This document shows, one piece after another, positions 1 through 13,800 of a stretch of 64,000 nucleotides of DNA; position 1 is the stretch's first letter, and each line of letters opens with the position of its first letter. The notes below the pieces were generated by a model. That model searched no databases. It was not told where the DNA came from and saw nothing but the letters and a program-made list of their open reading frames with translations. Made by a program: the position numbers and the translations under genes. Origin of the DNA: Heteronotia binoei (Eukaryota); assembly GCF_032191835.1 (NCBI RefSeq), contig NC_083226.1:21266001-21330000 (forward strand), read 5' to 3'.

Positions 1-158
1 AAAATTATAGGCCCAAAGAAAATATATGGCAAGGCCCCTTGACGTAAGGTAGGTGAGGCGCTGTGTGTGTGTCTGAGTGAGGGAGACTGGCCCAAGGTCA
101 CCCAGTGAGTTTCCATGGCAGAGTGAGGCTTCTAACTGGGGTCTTCAACCCTCTAACC

Positions 159-647
159 CGGGGTATCAAACTCATTCGTTACGAGGGCCAGATCTGATAT
201 AAACGAGACCTTGTTGGGCCAGGCCATGTCAGGTCAGGCCATGTGTGTACCAATTTAAGATTAGGTAGCAGAGATATAAACCTTTTAAAGGGCACAGACA
301 AACATGACTAAAAAACCCACTTAAAATAAAACATGTTAAAACATTAGCACTTGTTGGTCTTTAAAGGTGCTTTCTTTGTATTTCTCTCATGGGATCCATG
401 GAACTGGGCAAAGGAAGCTCTGGCTCTTTCCTTTCCCAGGAGACCAGGATGGGGAGGAGCCTCAACCGATGGAGAAAACTGAGGTTTTGCTCTGTAGCTC
501 CTGTGCGATTGAGCAAGCCTTGCAAAGTAAGCTGAGATGCAGAAGGAAGAGAGAGGAAGAAGGAAGCAGACAAGAGCCAATTGCTTGGGGGGAGGGGCCC
601 TGATAGGAGCCTGATTTGGCCCCCAGGCTGTATGTTTGACACCTCTG
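159..647. mobile_element. hAT-type non-autonomous transposon (CAGGGGTGTCAAAC-like TIRs)
   Basis: TIRs; 8-bp TSD CTCTAACC at 151-158 and 648-655. Confidence 0.85.
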
Positions 648-1229
648 CTCTAACCACTGCACCACACTGCTCCCTCTTGAGAAGAATGCTAAATTATTGG
701 GGGGGGGGGGAGAAAGAAAAGGAGAGAAGTGAGAAATAGGCAGCGTTAGTCTGAGTGTTCTGCTCCTGTTTGCCAAGATATGAAGCAAGACAAGGCAGGC
801 GGTAAGATCTGTGTCTTGGAATAGCAACTGCAAAAGCATAAAGAGAAAAACAGTGCCGTAAGCAGAGCTTTCTCTTGTAGCAGGAACTAGTTCGCGTATT
901 AGGCCACACGCCCCTTAATGTAGCCAATCCAAGAGCTTAGAGGGCTCTTCGTACAGGGCCTACTGTAAGCTCTAGCAGGATTGGCTACATCAAGGATGTG
1001 TGGCCTAATATGCAAAGGAATTCCTGCTACAAAAAAACCCCCCTGGGTGCAAGCAATACGATGCATATGGGGAGAAGGAAGGAGGGGAGTACATTCTATT
1101 TTAAGACTAATTGGGGCAGAGAGGAGATTCAGAAGCAAATTCTCACGTATGCCCAAAATCTCAGGGCAAACGAGCTGAGCGACGGAGACAAGACAGATAT
1201 TTCATGAGACCTTCATCTGAGCCCAGTAC

Positions 1230-4200
1230 CTCTCCATCCAGGTGATGCAGTAAGACGCTCATGTTGGCGAGTACAATGGCTGGTGCTTGCTCTGCCAGCT
1301 CGGTGAGGAAGGTGGCATAGCCTTTTGCTCCGGAAGCGTCCCGGGCCAGCTCCTGAGGGCACTTTTGCCCAATCTCCCTGAGGGACGAACAGAGAAGAGT
1401 CACTGGCCGAAACTGTGGAAGAACAGCTGGGGAAGGGCTCCAGGAGAAGCGTATCCTGGAGGTTTTCTCCCTTTCTCACAATACAAGAATTCATTGGCAC
1501 TCAATGAAATTGCTGAACAATTGGGTTAGAACAGATAAAAGGAAATACTTCACCCGAAGGGTGATTAATATGTGGAATTCACTGCCACAGGAGGTGGTGG
1601 CGGCTGCAAGCATAGCCAGCTTCAAGAGAGGATTGAATAAGCATTTGGAGCAGAGGTCCATCAGTGGCTATTAGCCACAGAGTATTGTTGGAACTCTCTG
1701 TCTGGGGCAGTGATGCTCTGTATTCTTGGTGCTTGGGAGGTACAATAGTGGGAGGGCTTCTAATGTCCTGGCCCCACTGATGGACCTCCTGATGACACCT
1801 GGTTATTTTGGCCACTGTGTGGCACAGAGTGTTGGACTGGATGGGGCATCGGCCTGCTCCAACATGGCTTCTCTTATGTTCTTGTGTCTCACCTCAGTAG
1901 CTCCCCCACAATGCTCTTCATGCCGTACTCCTTGACCCACACGCTCACGGCCTCCACAAACACTGGCACCACATGTTCAAAGTGCTGGAGCATCCGGGTG
2001 ACCTTCAGAGTGGCATCTGCCAAAAGGGGAAGGTCAGAGAGAGAGAGATGCTGAGCAAGGGCCTGCTTTCACAGAGAGAGGGGGGAGGTAGGCGGGAGAG
2101 AGAGGGGGGAGGGAGAGAGATCAGGAGCAGCAGGCCAGGGCTTGTATGCAGCAGTAGCCTGGCCTGGGTGGGGCATTCTGAGAGGACGTACTGAGCATGT
2201 GGTCGTATTGCCGGAGGGCCACCCCGAGCAAGTGAACCGCTGTCTCTCGGGTGGGCCGATGCTTCTGGTTGCCGATGCTAGGGTTTTCCAGGATGCGGTA
2301 ACAGCAGCCGGTCATTAAACTGGAAAAAGGGAAGCAGGAATCCATAAGAGAAGCGGCTCGCCCCTAGCAGCGCAGCGCAAGGGCTCTGCTTTGAAGCCTG
2401 GCAGCGGAAGGGGTTGTCATGAGTTGCAATCAATATGGCAGCCCTGCAGGGTTTTCAAGGCACGAGAGGAACAGAGGCGTTTTGCCATCGCCCGCCTCTG
2501 CGCAGCACCCTTGGACTTCCTGGGAGGTCTCCCATCCAAATACTACCCAGGCCAAACCCTGCTTAGCTTTCAAGACCTGTTGAGATCAGGCCAGCCTGGG
2601 CCATCCAAGTCAGGGCACTACAATGCCTACAGGAGCCCCGAGCGCGTTTCTTATTTGCTGCTAGTTAGCGCATTCAATCAATTCCCTGTTCCAGCTCAAG
2701 TCCCTCTGGCTTGATCTGGCCATTCCCCTTCTCCTTACAAAACAGCAAGATTTACAGCGATTTCCTCCAAATGCACAAAAGGCCGCTTTCAAGGGTCTCT
2801 GGCCTGAACGCAGCTCCTAATTCAAAGGCTCACCTGACGAACTCTTCCTCCACCACCGAGCCGGTCCATAGACGGTGGAGGTCCAGCTGCAGCAACTGGA
2901 CAAACAGCTGTAGGACGGGCTGCCTCTTCTCCTCCCAGAGGAAGCTGGCGCTCTGCTTCTTCTTGTTCTGGAAGGCAAAGCTTCAGGTCGGGATGTATGT
3001 AGGGGAAGGAGTGGAGGGTGTGCCCACGGTCCTCTCAGACGACAGCATTGTGGCTCCAGAGGGCCCCCTCCCCCAACGTTTGGAGGCTGAGAGCACTATT
3101 GGAATTCCAGCACAGGAGTGAGTGGAGCCACAAAATAGCTGCTGGAGGCAGAGCCAACTGCTCTCATTCCCTTACACATAGAGAAAGCCTGGTTCCAGGG
3201 GAAAAGAAGAAGTTATTGGATTTATATCCCGCCCTCCACTCCGAATCTCAGAGCGGCTTACAATCTCCTTTACCTTCCTCCCCCACGACAGACACCCTGT
3301 GAGGCGGGTGGGGCTGAGAGGGCTCTCACAGCAGCTGCCCTTTCAAGGACAACCTTATACAGACCCAAAGATTGACAATACCTTGATCTTGGGGTACCCA
3401 AGGCAAACTTTTTTTGTGGAGGGGAGAAAGGCCATTTCAAATTCAGTTATGGATTTCAATTTTCTACCTTCTTCTTGGAATCCAGCCCCAGCAGGCCACT
3501 CCTGCTGGGCTCCGCTTCAAAAGCCTCCGCGAGCTGCACAAGCACATAGCAGTTCATCTTGAGAGCGTTGCAGTGAAGAGCACGGAGTGAAGGTGCCACG
3601 TCAGCATTGTCCAAGATGGCTGTTAGGGCGCTGGAGTGACTGGACACCACTGGAGAAAGGGACAACATACCATTACCTAGCATATTACCGCACCCTTTAT
3701 GGGGTTCTTCAAAAGCAAACTCTGCGCTGCTTTCAGATTACCAAAGACTTGTGCTCATGATGCCCCACCAGCCTCAATTCTGGCTGCGCACAGCAAACTG
3801 TTACCTGGGCTCCCTAGGCTTGCCCTGTACCCGAATCCCTGGTCTGCCAGATGGCCGGCTTTGCTAAGAAGCAGACAGTCTCTATGGGGCAGAGACTGCA
3901 AGGAACGGGAGGTCATGTCGGTCTGCCCTTACAGCGAACATGCATTGCTCTGCATTGCCCACCAAGATTACAGACCCGTATAAAGGAAACAGGTTGCTGG
4001 AGCAGGCCGCCGGTGGGGGTCACATTTGCCTTTACATCATCATGAAGCTGTTAAGTAACGAAAGGAGAAACGATAATTCTCAAGGGGGGATTAACTCACC
4101 TTTCTGCATCAGTTCCAGGGCATCCTCCTTAACAGCAGCTTCCACGCTGCTGAAGTGGCTGTAGGGAAGATAAAGATGTACAGAACAGGTGAGATTCAGC

Positions 4201-7127
4201 CCAGCGGTTAGAATGACCCGATCTTTAAAGACTGCATGTATGTGTGCGGAGAACGGTTTTTGGTTTTAAGCATCCATCTGCGGTCTGAAGGTGCAGTTCA
4301 AAAAAAATGAGTAAATTAATATGGGGAATTTTAGAAGATTTCAACCACACCTGGAAGGAGTGCCTGTTTAGCTGGTATTGAAAGGTCAAAGCAACAGAGT
4401 TGTCATAGAAAACGACGGATCATGTGGCACCGCATTTGAGGAAAAGGATGACTGTTCCAAAAGGTGCATAGATTTATATACTTGGGAAATGTTATGCCAG
4501 GGAACCTGCCCAAGGTGGCTTACCAAGCACAATAAAAGTATAAAACATTAAAACTATGAAGTTAGATTCAATTCTTTTATTAAAAAAACATTTCTTTAAA
4601 AATAAACACAAGAAAAAAACTCAAATCCAGCAACTATTTTTTTTAAAAAGACAAAAGGGTGGAATATGAAGTAGAAACAAATATATAACAAGAGTGGTGG
4701 CAGACCTCCATGCAAGTTCTTTAAAAGGTTTCAAAATATCTAAACAATAAGTTCATATGCAGTTGTCATTCATACGCTATGTGCTCAAATGCTAATAAAG
4801 TTCTAAGGTCCTCAAACCCATGATTTACAGTGCTGTAATACAAGTCTTTTAGCTGTAGTCAGGGCACAGAGGGTCCATTTGTTGCTGACTGTTGCCTAAG
4901 AGATGTGCAGTTAATTTAAAAGTACATAACTAGGGATGGGCACGAACTACATTTCTGCAGGTCAGTTCACAGCTGAACCACAAACCCATATGAACCTGGA
5001 GGCTGGTTTGCAAAGCAACCTGCTGAGCCATTTAAATTTTAAACCCCTGCTTTCTGCTCCTCAAAAATTGCATCAAAAGTCATGCAATTTCATGGCAGTT
5101 TTTCAATTTGCAAACATGGCTTTATGAACCACAAACTGCCCAAAATTTGCGATGAACTTCATTTCATCAGCCGGTTCATGTTCATCCCTGTAACATGACA
5201 AACTTTGTTGGTCTTAAAGGTGCACCTTAACTTTGTTTTGCTGCTTTAGACCAACACGGCTACTCACCTGAATCTATACGCAAGCCAGTTTCTATTTAAT
5301 TTATACTGCAGGAGGGGTTGTTTGATTTTCTGGTGAGCCACCCTGAATTCTCTCTTCAGGAGAAAATACAGGACACAAACTTTCAAATGAATTAAATATC
5401 TGCATTTGAAAGACCCTGAAGGGGGAGGCTTATAGTGGCTACCTACAAAGACCAAGCCCTCTTATTTCTACAAAGAGGAAGCAGCTCTGTAGCAGAGCTT
5501 GATCTCAGCATCCAGTCATTTCAAATGCCCCACTGAGATTTCCTACCTATCCATGTCCTCGGCAAGGCTTCTATACTTCCACCAATATCAGATAAAAAGA
5601 GGCTTTTTGCCCAGCTAACTCTCACCCCTCACATCTGAAACCTCTCATCATTAGTCATTCAGCTTGAGTGTGTAAACTCACTGCAGGATGCTGTACAGGG
5701 TATCAAAGTGCTGTAGGATGGCAAGAGGTCCTCGGGTACGGAGTCCAGCCTGGAATCCTGTCAGGGGAAACAAGAGAGATCGCTTGTGACACTACTCACC
5801 TTACAAAAGGTGTCCACAGATAAAGTTATTGTATTAATTATTGTATTAATGCAAAACTGATCTACTGGAAACTTAAGATAGGACACAAGGCAGCAGTGTC
5901 ACATTGACTAATGATGGACTAACGTCTACTTTTCTGGATATCTAATATCTGATAAATTGCTAAGCAGCAGGCTTTACTGCGTGGGACTTTTGCAGATTAT
6001 GCAGAGACAAGCTCAAGTTCACCATCTCAGCTCATCCTATTTCCCCCCTTCTAGGCTTCATGTCGAGGGTTCCTAAACAAAGGTTTTGTGTTGCATTATT
6101 AACCAGGCAACATTATTTACTTCCATACTAGGAAAAGCTTTGCTGTCCAACTGCATACATTATCGGTCTATTCAAGGGACAGAACATTTCCTTCATCAGG
6201 TTGTGTGCAATTCTACCTTCAACTCACACTCTAAGAACCAGAATCTTACAGGCCAATCACAAGATCATGCACTGCTCTGAACACAGCAGTAGCACTATGA
6301 AAACATTAAAATGTCGTATTATTACGGCTAAACAGAACCATTTTGTTCAGAGATAACTTGCTACAAGAACTAGGCACCTTAGAGAGAGGATGGGAATCCC
6401 TTTCAAGACCTCATGAGGGTATATCCAAAGGCTACAAGCTGACAGCTGGAGAAAAGAAAATTAGATGTCTAGTCTAAGATACTACGAGGCATACTTTTTT
6501 ACCCAAAGGGTGATTAACACATGGCATTCACTACCACAGGAGGTGGTGGCGGCTGCAAGCTTTGAGACGGGATTGGATAAGTGTATGAAGCAGAGGTCCA
6601 TCAGTGGCTCTTAGCCACAGCTTATTGCTGGAACTCTCTGGGACAGAGATGCTCTGTATTCTTGGTGCTGGGGGGGCACAGTGGGAGGTCTTCTAGTGTC
6701 CTGGCCCCACTGATGGACCTCTCGATGGCACCTATTTCTTTTGGCCACTGGGTGGCACAGAGTGCTGGACTGGATGGGCCACTGGCCTGACCCAACATGG
6801 CTTCTCTTATGTTCTTATGCTCCTGAATTTGCCTGTACCCATTATTGCATAAGCGGTTTTTCCCCCAGTCACCTTCTCTGAGAATTTTTTGTTTGCTCCA
6901 ACAACAGCCTTTTTGACTTCATGAGAAGTCCCTCCTCCCGCTTAGGCCCACATCTTTTTGCATCCTCCCCTTTCCAACCGACCTGCCAGCTGTTCCCGGA
7001 GCTCTCTGACAGGCAACACCTCCTGCACGGCGTACTGCGAGGGTCCATCACTGCAAAGCAAATCGGCAGCAGAAAGAGGCAAGTGGAACTCCCAAGCGGG
7101 AGCAGCCTCCGAGGACAGTTCATCCAT
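1230..7127 (-). CDS. NCAPD2: Condensin complex subunit 1 (CAP-D2), 5' portion; coding exons (minus) 7127-6983, 5757-5682, 4158-4100, 3649-3468, 2967-2834, 2319-2192, 2016-1893, 1377-1230; gene continues left of the window
   Basis: Exons splice GT-AG in one open frame: MDELSSEAAPAWEFHLPLSAADLL..., GPLAILQHFDTLYSILH, HCNALKMNCY, LWEEKRQPVLQLFVQLLQLD..VEEEFVSLMTGCCYRILENP, MLQHFEH, REIGQKCPQELARD. These match vertebrate CAP-D2. Exon sizes 76/59/182/128/124/148 match the human sizes as I recall them. Confidence 0.96.
1528..1882 (+). mobile_element. CR1 3' fragment
   Basis: RTDKRKYFTRRVINMWNSLPQEVV remnant plus 3' UTR ending CTTCTCTTATGTTCTT. Confidence 0.85.
3729..4048 (-). ncRNA. SCARNA10: scaRNA U85 (composite box C/D-H/ACA guide for U5 snRNA Cm45 and Psi46) in an NCAPD2 intron
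   Basis: Minus strand: box C ATGATGA (4043-4037), box D CTGA (3736-3733), terminal stem GCTT/AAGC, H box ACATGA after a GGTCTG/CAGACC stem, ACA just before the D guide. Guide AGTCTTTGGTAA and pocket AATCTT/GTAAGGG are complementary to U5 loop 1. Same host intron as human SCARNA10. Confidence 0.95.
6485..6818 (+). mobile_element. CR1 3' fragment
   Basis: Same 3' UTR and tail as the 1528-1882 copy. Confidence 0.85.
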
Positions 7128-7841
7128 GCCCACCTCGGCGACCGGAAACAGACTGAAGCTCAAAAGTCCCGCGCCACAGACCCCTTAATACGCGCCAGCC
7201 TATCACAGCTTTTAGAACACGAAGCGGGCCAATCACCTCCAGACCTCCCTGTTCTTGATTGGTCGTTCAGAAAAAGGGGCAAGGCGGGCGGAAGAGTCGA
7301 AACGAGCTACAACAGCCCGTTTGTCTCTTTCTTTGGCGCGCGCCGGCCGCGAGGAAGAAGGCGGGGTGATCATTTCGAATTCTTGCCCGCTGAGCCAATC
7401 GGACTCCTAATGCAGAATTTAACAGCCAATGACGGTTCAGGAGACAATATTCTTCAATGGTTCGAGTTTGATTTTCCAGAACAAACGGCGAGGCTGAAAA
7501 AGAGATATCAATAGCGGCTGAAAAATTCCAGTGTGTTGATGATGCGAGTCGAAGTCTGCCGACGCCACTATCAGCCACACAGATAAGAAAAAAAAAGTCA
7601 TTATCGACACTTCCGGTGTAGTTTCGAACTGGTTTCCGTTCATTTTTCCTCTCAACGCGATGTTCTGAAAGCGTTCAACCATAGAGAAACCACAGCCCAG
7701 AGCGACACTATGCTTTCAAAAGAACGAACCACAAAGGCGGAAACTCTTAAATAGTGTGGTGCATTCTGGGAAGAATTCAAAATGGCGGAACCCGTTTAGT
7801 CGTGGTGCGGTTTCTTGCGGGCGACGAATATTGCGGGCTCG
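7128..7841. promoter_or_regulatory. CpG-rich bidirectional promoter shared by NCAPD2 and MRPL51
   Basis: Head-to-head ATGs at 7127(-) and 7842(+). CCAAT/ATTGG at 7229, 7258, 7395, 7426; E2F-like TTTGGCGC 7332-7339; CHR-like TTCGAA 7374-7379 and TTCAAA 7776-7781; ETS CACTTCCGG 7608-7616; YY1 AAAATGGCGG 7779-7788. Confidence 0.85.
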
Positions 7842-10800
7842 ATGGCGGCGGCGTGGCTGTCCCTGACGGCCATACGGGGCTTGTTTAGCCGCAGCTTCTT
7901 CTCTCCCCAGGTTTACAGGTTATCTAGTACTGGTGAGTCAAGATGCGGCATCCAGAGCTGTCTCATGGAGATGGCGTCACGGCCGTCGCCTGACCTTGTT
8001 TCGTTTTCGGTCAACTGGTTTGGTTCCGTGGAGGGGAGAGGAAAGCATAGTTTTGATGTAAATTCCCAGATCTCTCTACGTTTGATGAAAGGAAGTCGTT
8101 AATTAAAACTAGCACGACGTTATGGTTGGAGCGTCGAACTAGGATTTAGGAGACCCAGGTCGAATGTTCACTCCGCACTGGAATCTTGCTGGGTGACCTT
8201 GGGTCAGTTACTGCAACCGCCTAACCTCCTCCTCAGGGTTGTTGTTAGGGTAAAATGGGAAGACAGAGGATGCACCTGAAGTGGCTTCCGACTTTGGGGG
8301 CCCTAGGAGACTATGTCCTCCAAAGCATCCTGTTGTTAACAGCCTTGCTCCAGTCTTGCGAACTGAAAGCCATGGCTTATTTTATGGAGTTAATCCATCT
8401 CATGTTGGGCCTTCCTCTTTTCCTGCCGCCTTCAACTTTCCCTACCATTATTTGCTAGTGAGTCTTGCCTTTTCATAATATGACCAAAACGTGATAGCCA
8501 CGATTTTGGTGATATAGCTTCTAGAGAAAGGTCAGGCCTGATTGGATTGAGAAGCCACTTATTTTAATTTTTTGGTAGTCCATGGTATCTGTAAAACTCT
8601 CCTCCAACACCACATTTCAAATCAATTTCCTGTCGGCTTTCTTCATTGTCCACCATTCACATCCATACATAATAAAGGCAAATACTGTGTCATGAATTAA
8701 TTTGACCTTGGTTGCAAGTTACACATTTTTACACTTTAAGAATGTTTTTTATCTTCTTCATGACTGCCTTTCCCAGTCTCAATCTTCTGATTTCTTGATC
8801 GCAGTCTCCCTTTTGGTTTATGATGGAGCCAAGGAATGAAAAATTTCATCTTCATCAGTTTTAAAGTTGTGTAATATCCCCAGTAGTCATTACTTGTGTC
8901 TTCTTGATGTAATCCTGCTTTGGCACTTTCTGCTTTAACCTTCATCAGCAGTCATTTAAAGTCTTTGCTAATTTTTTGCCAGTAACGTGGCTAGCCTGAT
9001 CTCATCACATCTCAGAAGCTAAATAGGGTCAGCCCTGGCTAGTATTTGGATGGGAGACCTCCAAGGAATACCAGGATTGTAACGTGGAGGCAGGCAGTGG
9101 CAAACTACCTTTGAATGCCTTTTGCCTTGAAAACCCTACTGGGTCACCGTAAGTCAGCTGTGACTCCACAGCACTTTCCATGTGGTGTCATACGTACACC
9201 TGAAATTGTTAGTGTTTCCTTCACTTTTCACTCCACCTTTATCTAAATCTAATCCATCTTTCCTTATGATATGCTCTGCGTATGGCTTGGAGAGATAGGA
9301 AGACAAAAGAGATCCTTGTCTGAAACCTAAGCTAATAGGAAACCATTCTGTTTCTCCGTATTCTGCCCTAACAGTAGCCTCTTGTCTGGAGTACAGGTTG
9401 CACATCAAATCAAGTAGATGTTGTGGCACACCCATTTCTTTTTATACAACCATAGCTTTTCATGATCTACCCAATCAAAAGCTTTGCTGTATGAAACACA
9501 AGTGTATTTTCATTTTAAATGCTCTAATATGTTTCAGTAACCACCATAAAATTGCAATATGATCTTTAGTGCCTCTTTCTTTCTGAATCCAGCTTGAACA
9601 TCTGGCATTTTTCATTCCATATATAGAATGATTTGCAAGATTCTGAATATCACTTTACTTGTGTGAGAAACTAAGGCAATGATTGTCACTGCAATCTTTG
9701 GTGTCTCCTTTTTTCAGAACTGGAATGTAAATTGACTGTTTCCAGTATGTGGGCCATGGTTTTGCTTTTCATATTTATTGGCATAATCAGTATGTAAATT
9801 CTTTAAAGAGATAACTCTGCTATGTGAAGGAGATGCTTCCTGTTGTATTAGGAACTGTGTTCAAATTCTCTGTCATGAAGCTCTTTGGATGACCTTAGGT
9901 GCTCTTCAATACGGGGAAAGCCATATGTGCTATCCTGAGCTTCTTGGAGGAAGGATGGGATAAAATTATTCAGATAATTTTTACTGGAATTTTGTTTCCA
10001 AGTAGGCATAGGTCCCCACATCTCTTTGGAGAGAGTCAGTTTGGTAAAGTGTGTGGACTCTTATCTGGGAGAACCGGGTTTGATTCCTCACTCCTCCACT
10101 TGCACCTGCTGGAATGGCCTTGGGTTAGCCATAGCTCTCGCAGAGCTGTTCTTGAAAGGGCAGCTGCTGTGAGAGCCCTCTCAGCCCCACCCACCTCACA
10201 GGGTGTCTGTTATGGGCGGAGAAGACATAGGAGATTGTAAGCCACTCTGAGTCTCTGATTCAGGGAGAAGGATGGGATATAAATCTGCAATTCTTCTTCT
10301 TCTCTTGTTGACGCGGTATCAGTTCTTAGATGAGGGCTTTTGCTGTGAATTTCCTTCGCTCTGGAGCTGTTCCTGTTGGCAGCAGAGGACAGGACTTGCA
10401 ATAATGGTTTTAAATGAAGGGCAGGAAGGTACTGGATGGATATTGGGAAGAGCTTTTTTACAGTAAGTGTTGTTCAACAGTGGAATCAGCTCCCTAGGGA
10501 GTTGGTGAACTCCCCCACACTGGCAGTTTTTAAGTAGCAGCTGGACAAATACTTGTCAGAGATGTTCTAGGCAGATCTTGCATTGGGCAGGGGGTTTATT
10601 TATTTTCGTTTTATTCAATAGATTTATATTCTTCCTTACTCCACGAACAGGCTCAGGGCAGATTACAACATAATCAACAAACAATTAAAATGGATACATT
10701 AAAACCAATAAACAGTATTGTAAAATAATTAAAATCTCATGGTTAGGCTAGATGGCCTGTATGGCCCCTTCTGTGATTCTGTGAATGCAAGAAGAAAGAC

Positions 10801-13800
10801 CCTCAGACGTGGAGTTTTAAAATGAAACATTTTCTAATTCTCACTTTTTTTTCTCCAGGTAATCCATACCCATTCCGCGTGAGGGAACCTAACCGGCCCA
10901 AACCAGTTGATCGATGGACAGAAAAACGAGCACTGTTTGGGATCTATGACAACATTGGGATTTTGGGTAAGTATGAGAAAGACAAAGAATTTCAGTGGAT
11001 GAACGAAATTATACTTTTAGTGGTAAATGGGATGAGCAAGTTAAAGCTCTTGTGCAGTAAACCGGAACCGTTTTTACTGGTTCTATTAAAATAGTGCTGC
11101 AGTGAGGTGTTATTCTGAAGGCTGGGCATTCAGGTTGTGGGTGATGATAGGGACATTTTAATTTGGTTGAGCTAGATTTTATTTATTACATTTTTATCAT
11201 GTCCTTTCCCCACAGAGCTCAGGGTAATATACTCCATTTTATTCTCACAACATCCCTGTGAGATCGTTCAAACTGCCAGAGAGGGATTACTTCATAGTTA
11301 CCCAGTATGGATTTTTCCCCGGGGTGGGTGGTTGAGTAAGCAGGATTTGAACTTGTGTCTTTTCATCAGATCTCGGAAGCTAAGCATGGTCAGCCCTGGT
11401 TAGTTCTTGGGTGGGAGACCACCAAGGGAAGCCAGGATTACTGCACAGAGGCAGGCAATGGCCAGCCATTTCTGATTTGTCTCTTGCCTCAAAAACCCTA
11501 TGAGGCTGCTATCAGTCAGCTCTGGCTTGATGGTCCTTTGTGCCACTGCTTTTCGTTGCTTCCACAGTACTGGCTGTCTTTGGTAGGATTAAACGAATTC
11601 AAAAGCAGCAGGGTACCCGAAGACTTCAGTGTTGTCTCCTCTGCCGCTTTACTGTTTTTGCTTGCAACAACCAATAAGTGCGGCGCAATGGCATTGGCAT
11701 TTCAAAAGCAGCAGCCAGCCTTTCCTACTTCCCTGCCTACTTGTCAACCCAGGACAGTAGATCTGGTCTCTTGCTGGATTGGATCCCAGCCATCTCACCA
11801 TGTGATGTAGAGAAGCGGGTGAAGGCAATCACTGCTGTTTCTCTCCCCCCCCCCCCCCCATGCACACTCTTCTTAAGTTTTGTATTAGCTGCTTGCATCT
11901 CTGTTTTCATCTTTCTTCTTCTAACTTTCCGTTCCCTGTTTTAATGTTTCACTGTTCCCACGTATCAGTTTCTTCTCCCCATTTCTTGCTTGGTTAACAT
12001 TATGCTTCTGGTGATCTTTTTTTCCCCTTTTCCCTTCATTTCTTGATCTGAGGTCTCAAATTATTGTTGATGAAACAGCATTCCTTTTTTTCCCGCACCA
12101 AAATAACCTCTACAAGTCTATACATGCTTGCAGTCATTTTGCTGTAATGATGAAATACTGAAGGAAAATCATCCTGCCTTTGTTAAGGTGGAAGTTGCCA
12201 TCAGTTTTCTTCATATCCTCATATCTCTGTTCTCTCCACCCATAAAAGAGATCTTTAAGTGTCTTTCCTTCTCTCCAGTCTGGCCTTCAGTCCTCCTTTC
12301 AAGTGAAGCTAGCATATGCTTTGAAGAAATTGGAGAGGGGACTTCTTCATTTCCCCATGGAAAAAGTGATGTAAAAGATCAATTTTTTTTAATCTGGGTA
12401 GGGGGAGTGATAAAGAAAATGCGACCTATATTTGTTTAGACAGATATACCCCACTTTCTCCCCAGTGGGGACCCAGAGTGCCTTGTAACCATGTCACCCC
12501 ATCCTCCATTTTATACTCACAACAGCAGAATGACTGGCTTTAAGTCACCGTGCTACCATGACAGAGCGGGGATTCAGACATGGGTCTTCCAGATTCTAGC
12601 CTGACACTTTAAACCAGGGGTGGCCAAACTTGCTTAATGTAAGAGCAACATAAAATAAGCATCAGATGTTTGAGAGCTGGAAGACAGGAGCAAATATTAC
12701 GCACACATCTTTATGAAAACTCTTAATACTTTCTTTGCACAGAAAGACAAAATACATATATGCGCAGTTAGCAACATGATCATGCATGGTAGAAGGAAAC
12801 CTTTTTGAAAAACAAAAGCTGGGAATAACAGTCCCCATAAGACTAGTATAGGGAAAGGTTTTTTGGCACCTGTGGGAGTAGGAAACACACACATGTACCA
12901 TATAAATCACTGACCACCGTTTGCATCATTATGCATCTCTTTGCCTTGACACCAAGGTTAGTAAATAGAGCTCCTACAAGAGCTATGAAACTAAGGGGGA
13001 ATCCTGCATCATCCAATTTAATTCCATCCCTTCTTCCAGTGGCTTGGTTCTTGCCCTCTCTTTCCCCACTCTAGGTCTCAGTGTGACCTCTGTGGTTGTG
13101 GAGAAGAGCTTGCAAACCTACCTATTCCCCACCTCGCCCAGCTTTGAGAGTAAGCCTGCATTAAGTCCCTCCTCGACCTCTGGGAGCCGCACAATTTGTG
13201 TGAAAGAGCCACATGTGGCTCCTGAGTCACAGTTTGGCCACTCCTGCTCTAAACACTGTACTAGGTGTGGTGCTCCCGAGAGATGGGAAGGATGGCCTCA
13301 AGGGAACATTCTGTGTCAGTTGCCATAGTATTTATTCATTTGATTTCTGCCTTGCCTTTCTCATCTCAATGTAGACCCAAAGCAGCTCATGTCATGTTCC
13401 CGTCTTCCATTTTATCCTCACAGCAACCACTCTGTGAAGTTAGGTTAGGTTGAGATTGTGTGACTGGCCCAAGGTCACCCAGTAAGCTGCTGCGGCAGAG
13501 TGAGGCTCTGGACCTGGATCTCCCAGATTCTAATCCAGCACTCTAACATGGCCCCACACTGGGTGAAGAAAGAAAGAAGAGGTGAATCAAGACTACATTT
13601 GTTCACCACTTGTAGACCCTAGTGAAAATAATGGACTCCAAAACTAGCTCCCCCCCTTGCCTGATGACATCTCCCGCCTCTTCCTTTCAGGAGACTTCCA
13701 CGCCCACCCCAAGGACCTGATCAGTGGCCCCATATGGCTACGCGGCTGGCGGGGCAATGAACTGCAGAGGTTGATCCGTAAGAAGAAAATGGTGGGTGAC

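Noticed and set aside
5505-5651. C/D snoRNA-like ATGATGA...CTGA on the minus strand in an NCAPD2 intron
   Set aside because: No terminal stem, no identifiable guide, only ~30 nt from the donor; likely chance.
6921-7514. 197-aa plus-strand ORF
   Set aside because: Antisense to NCAPD2 coding exon and promoter in GC-rich sequence; no recognisable protein features.
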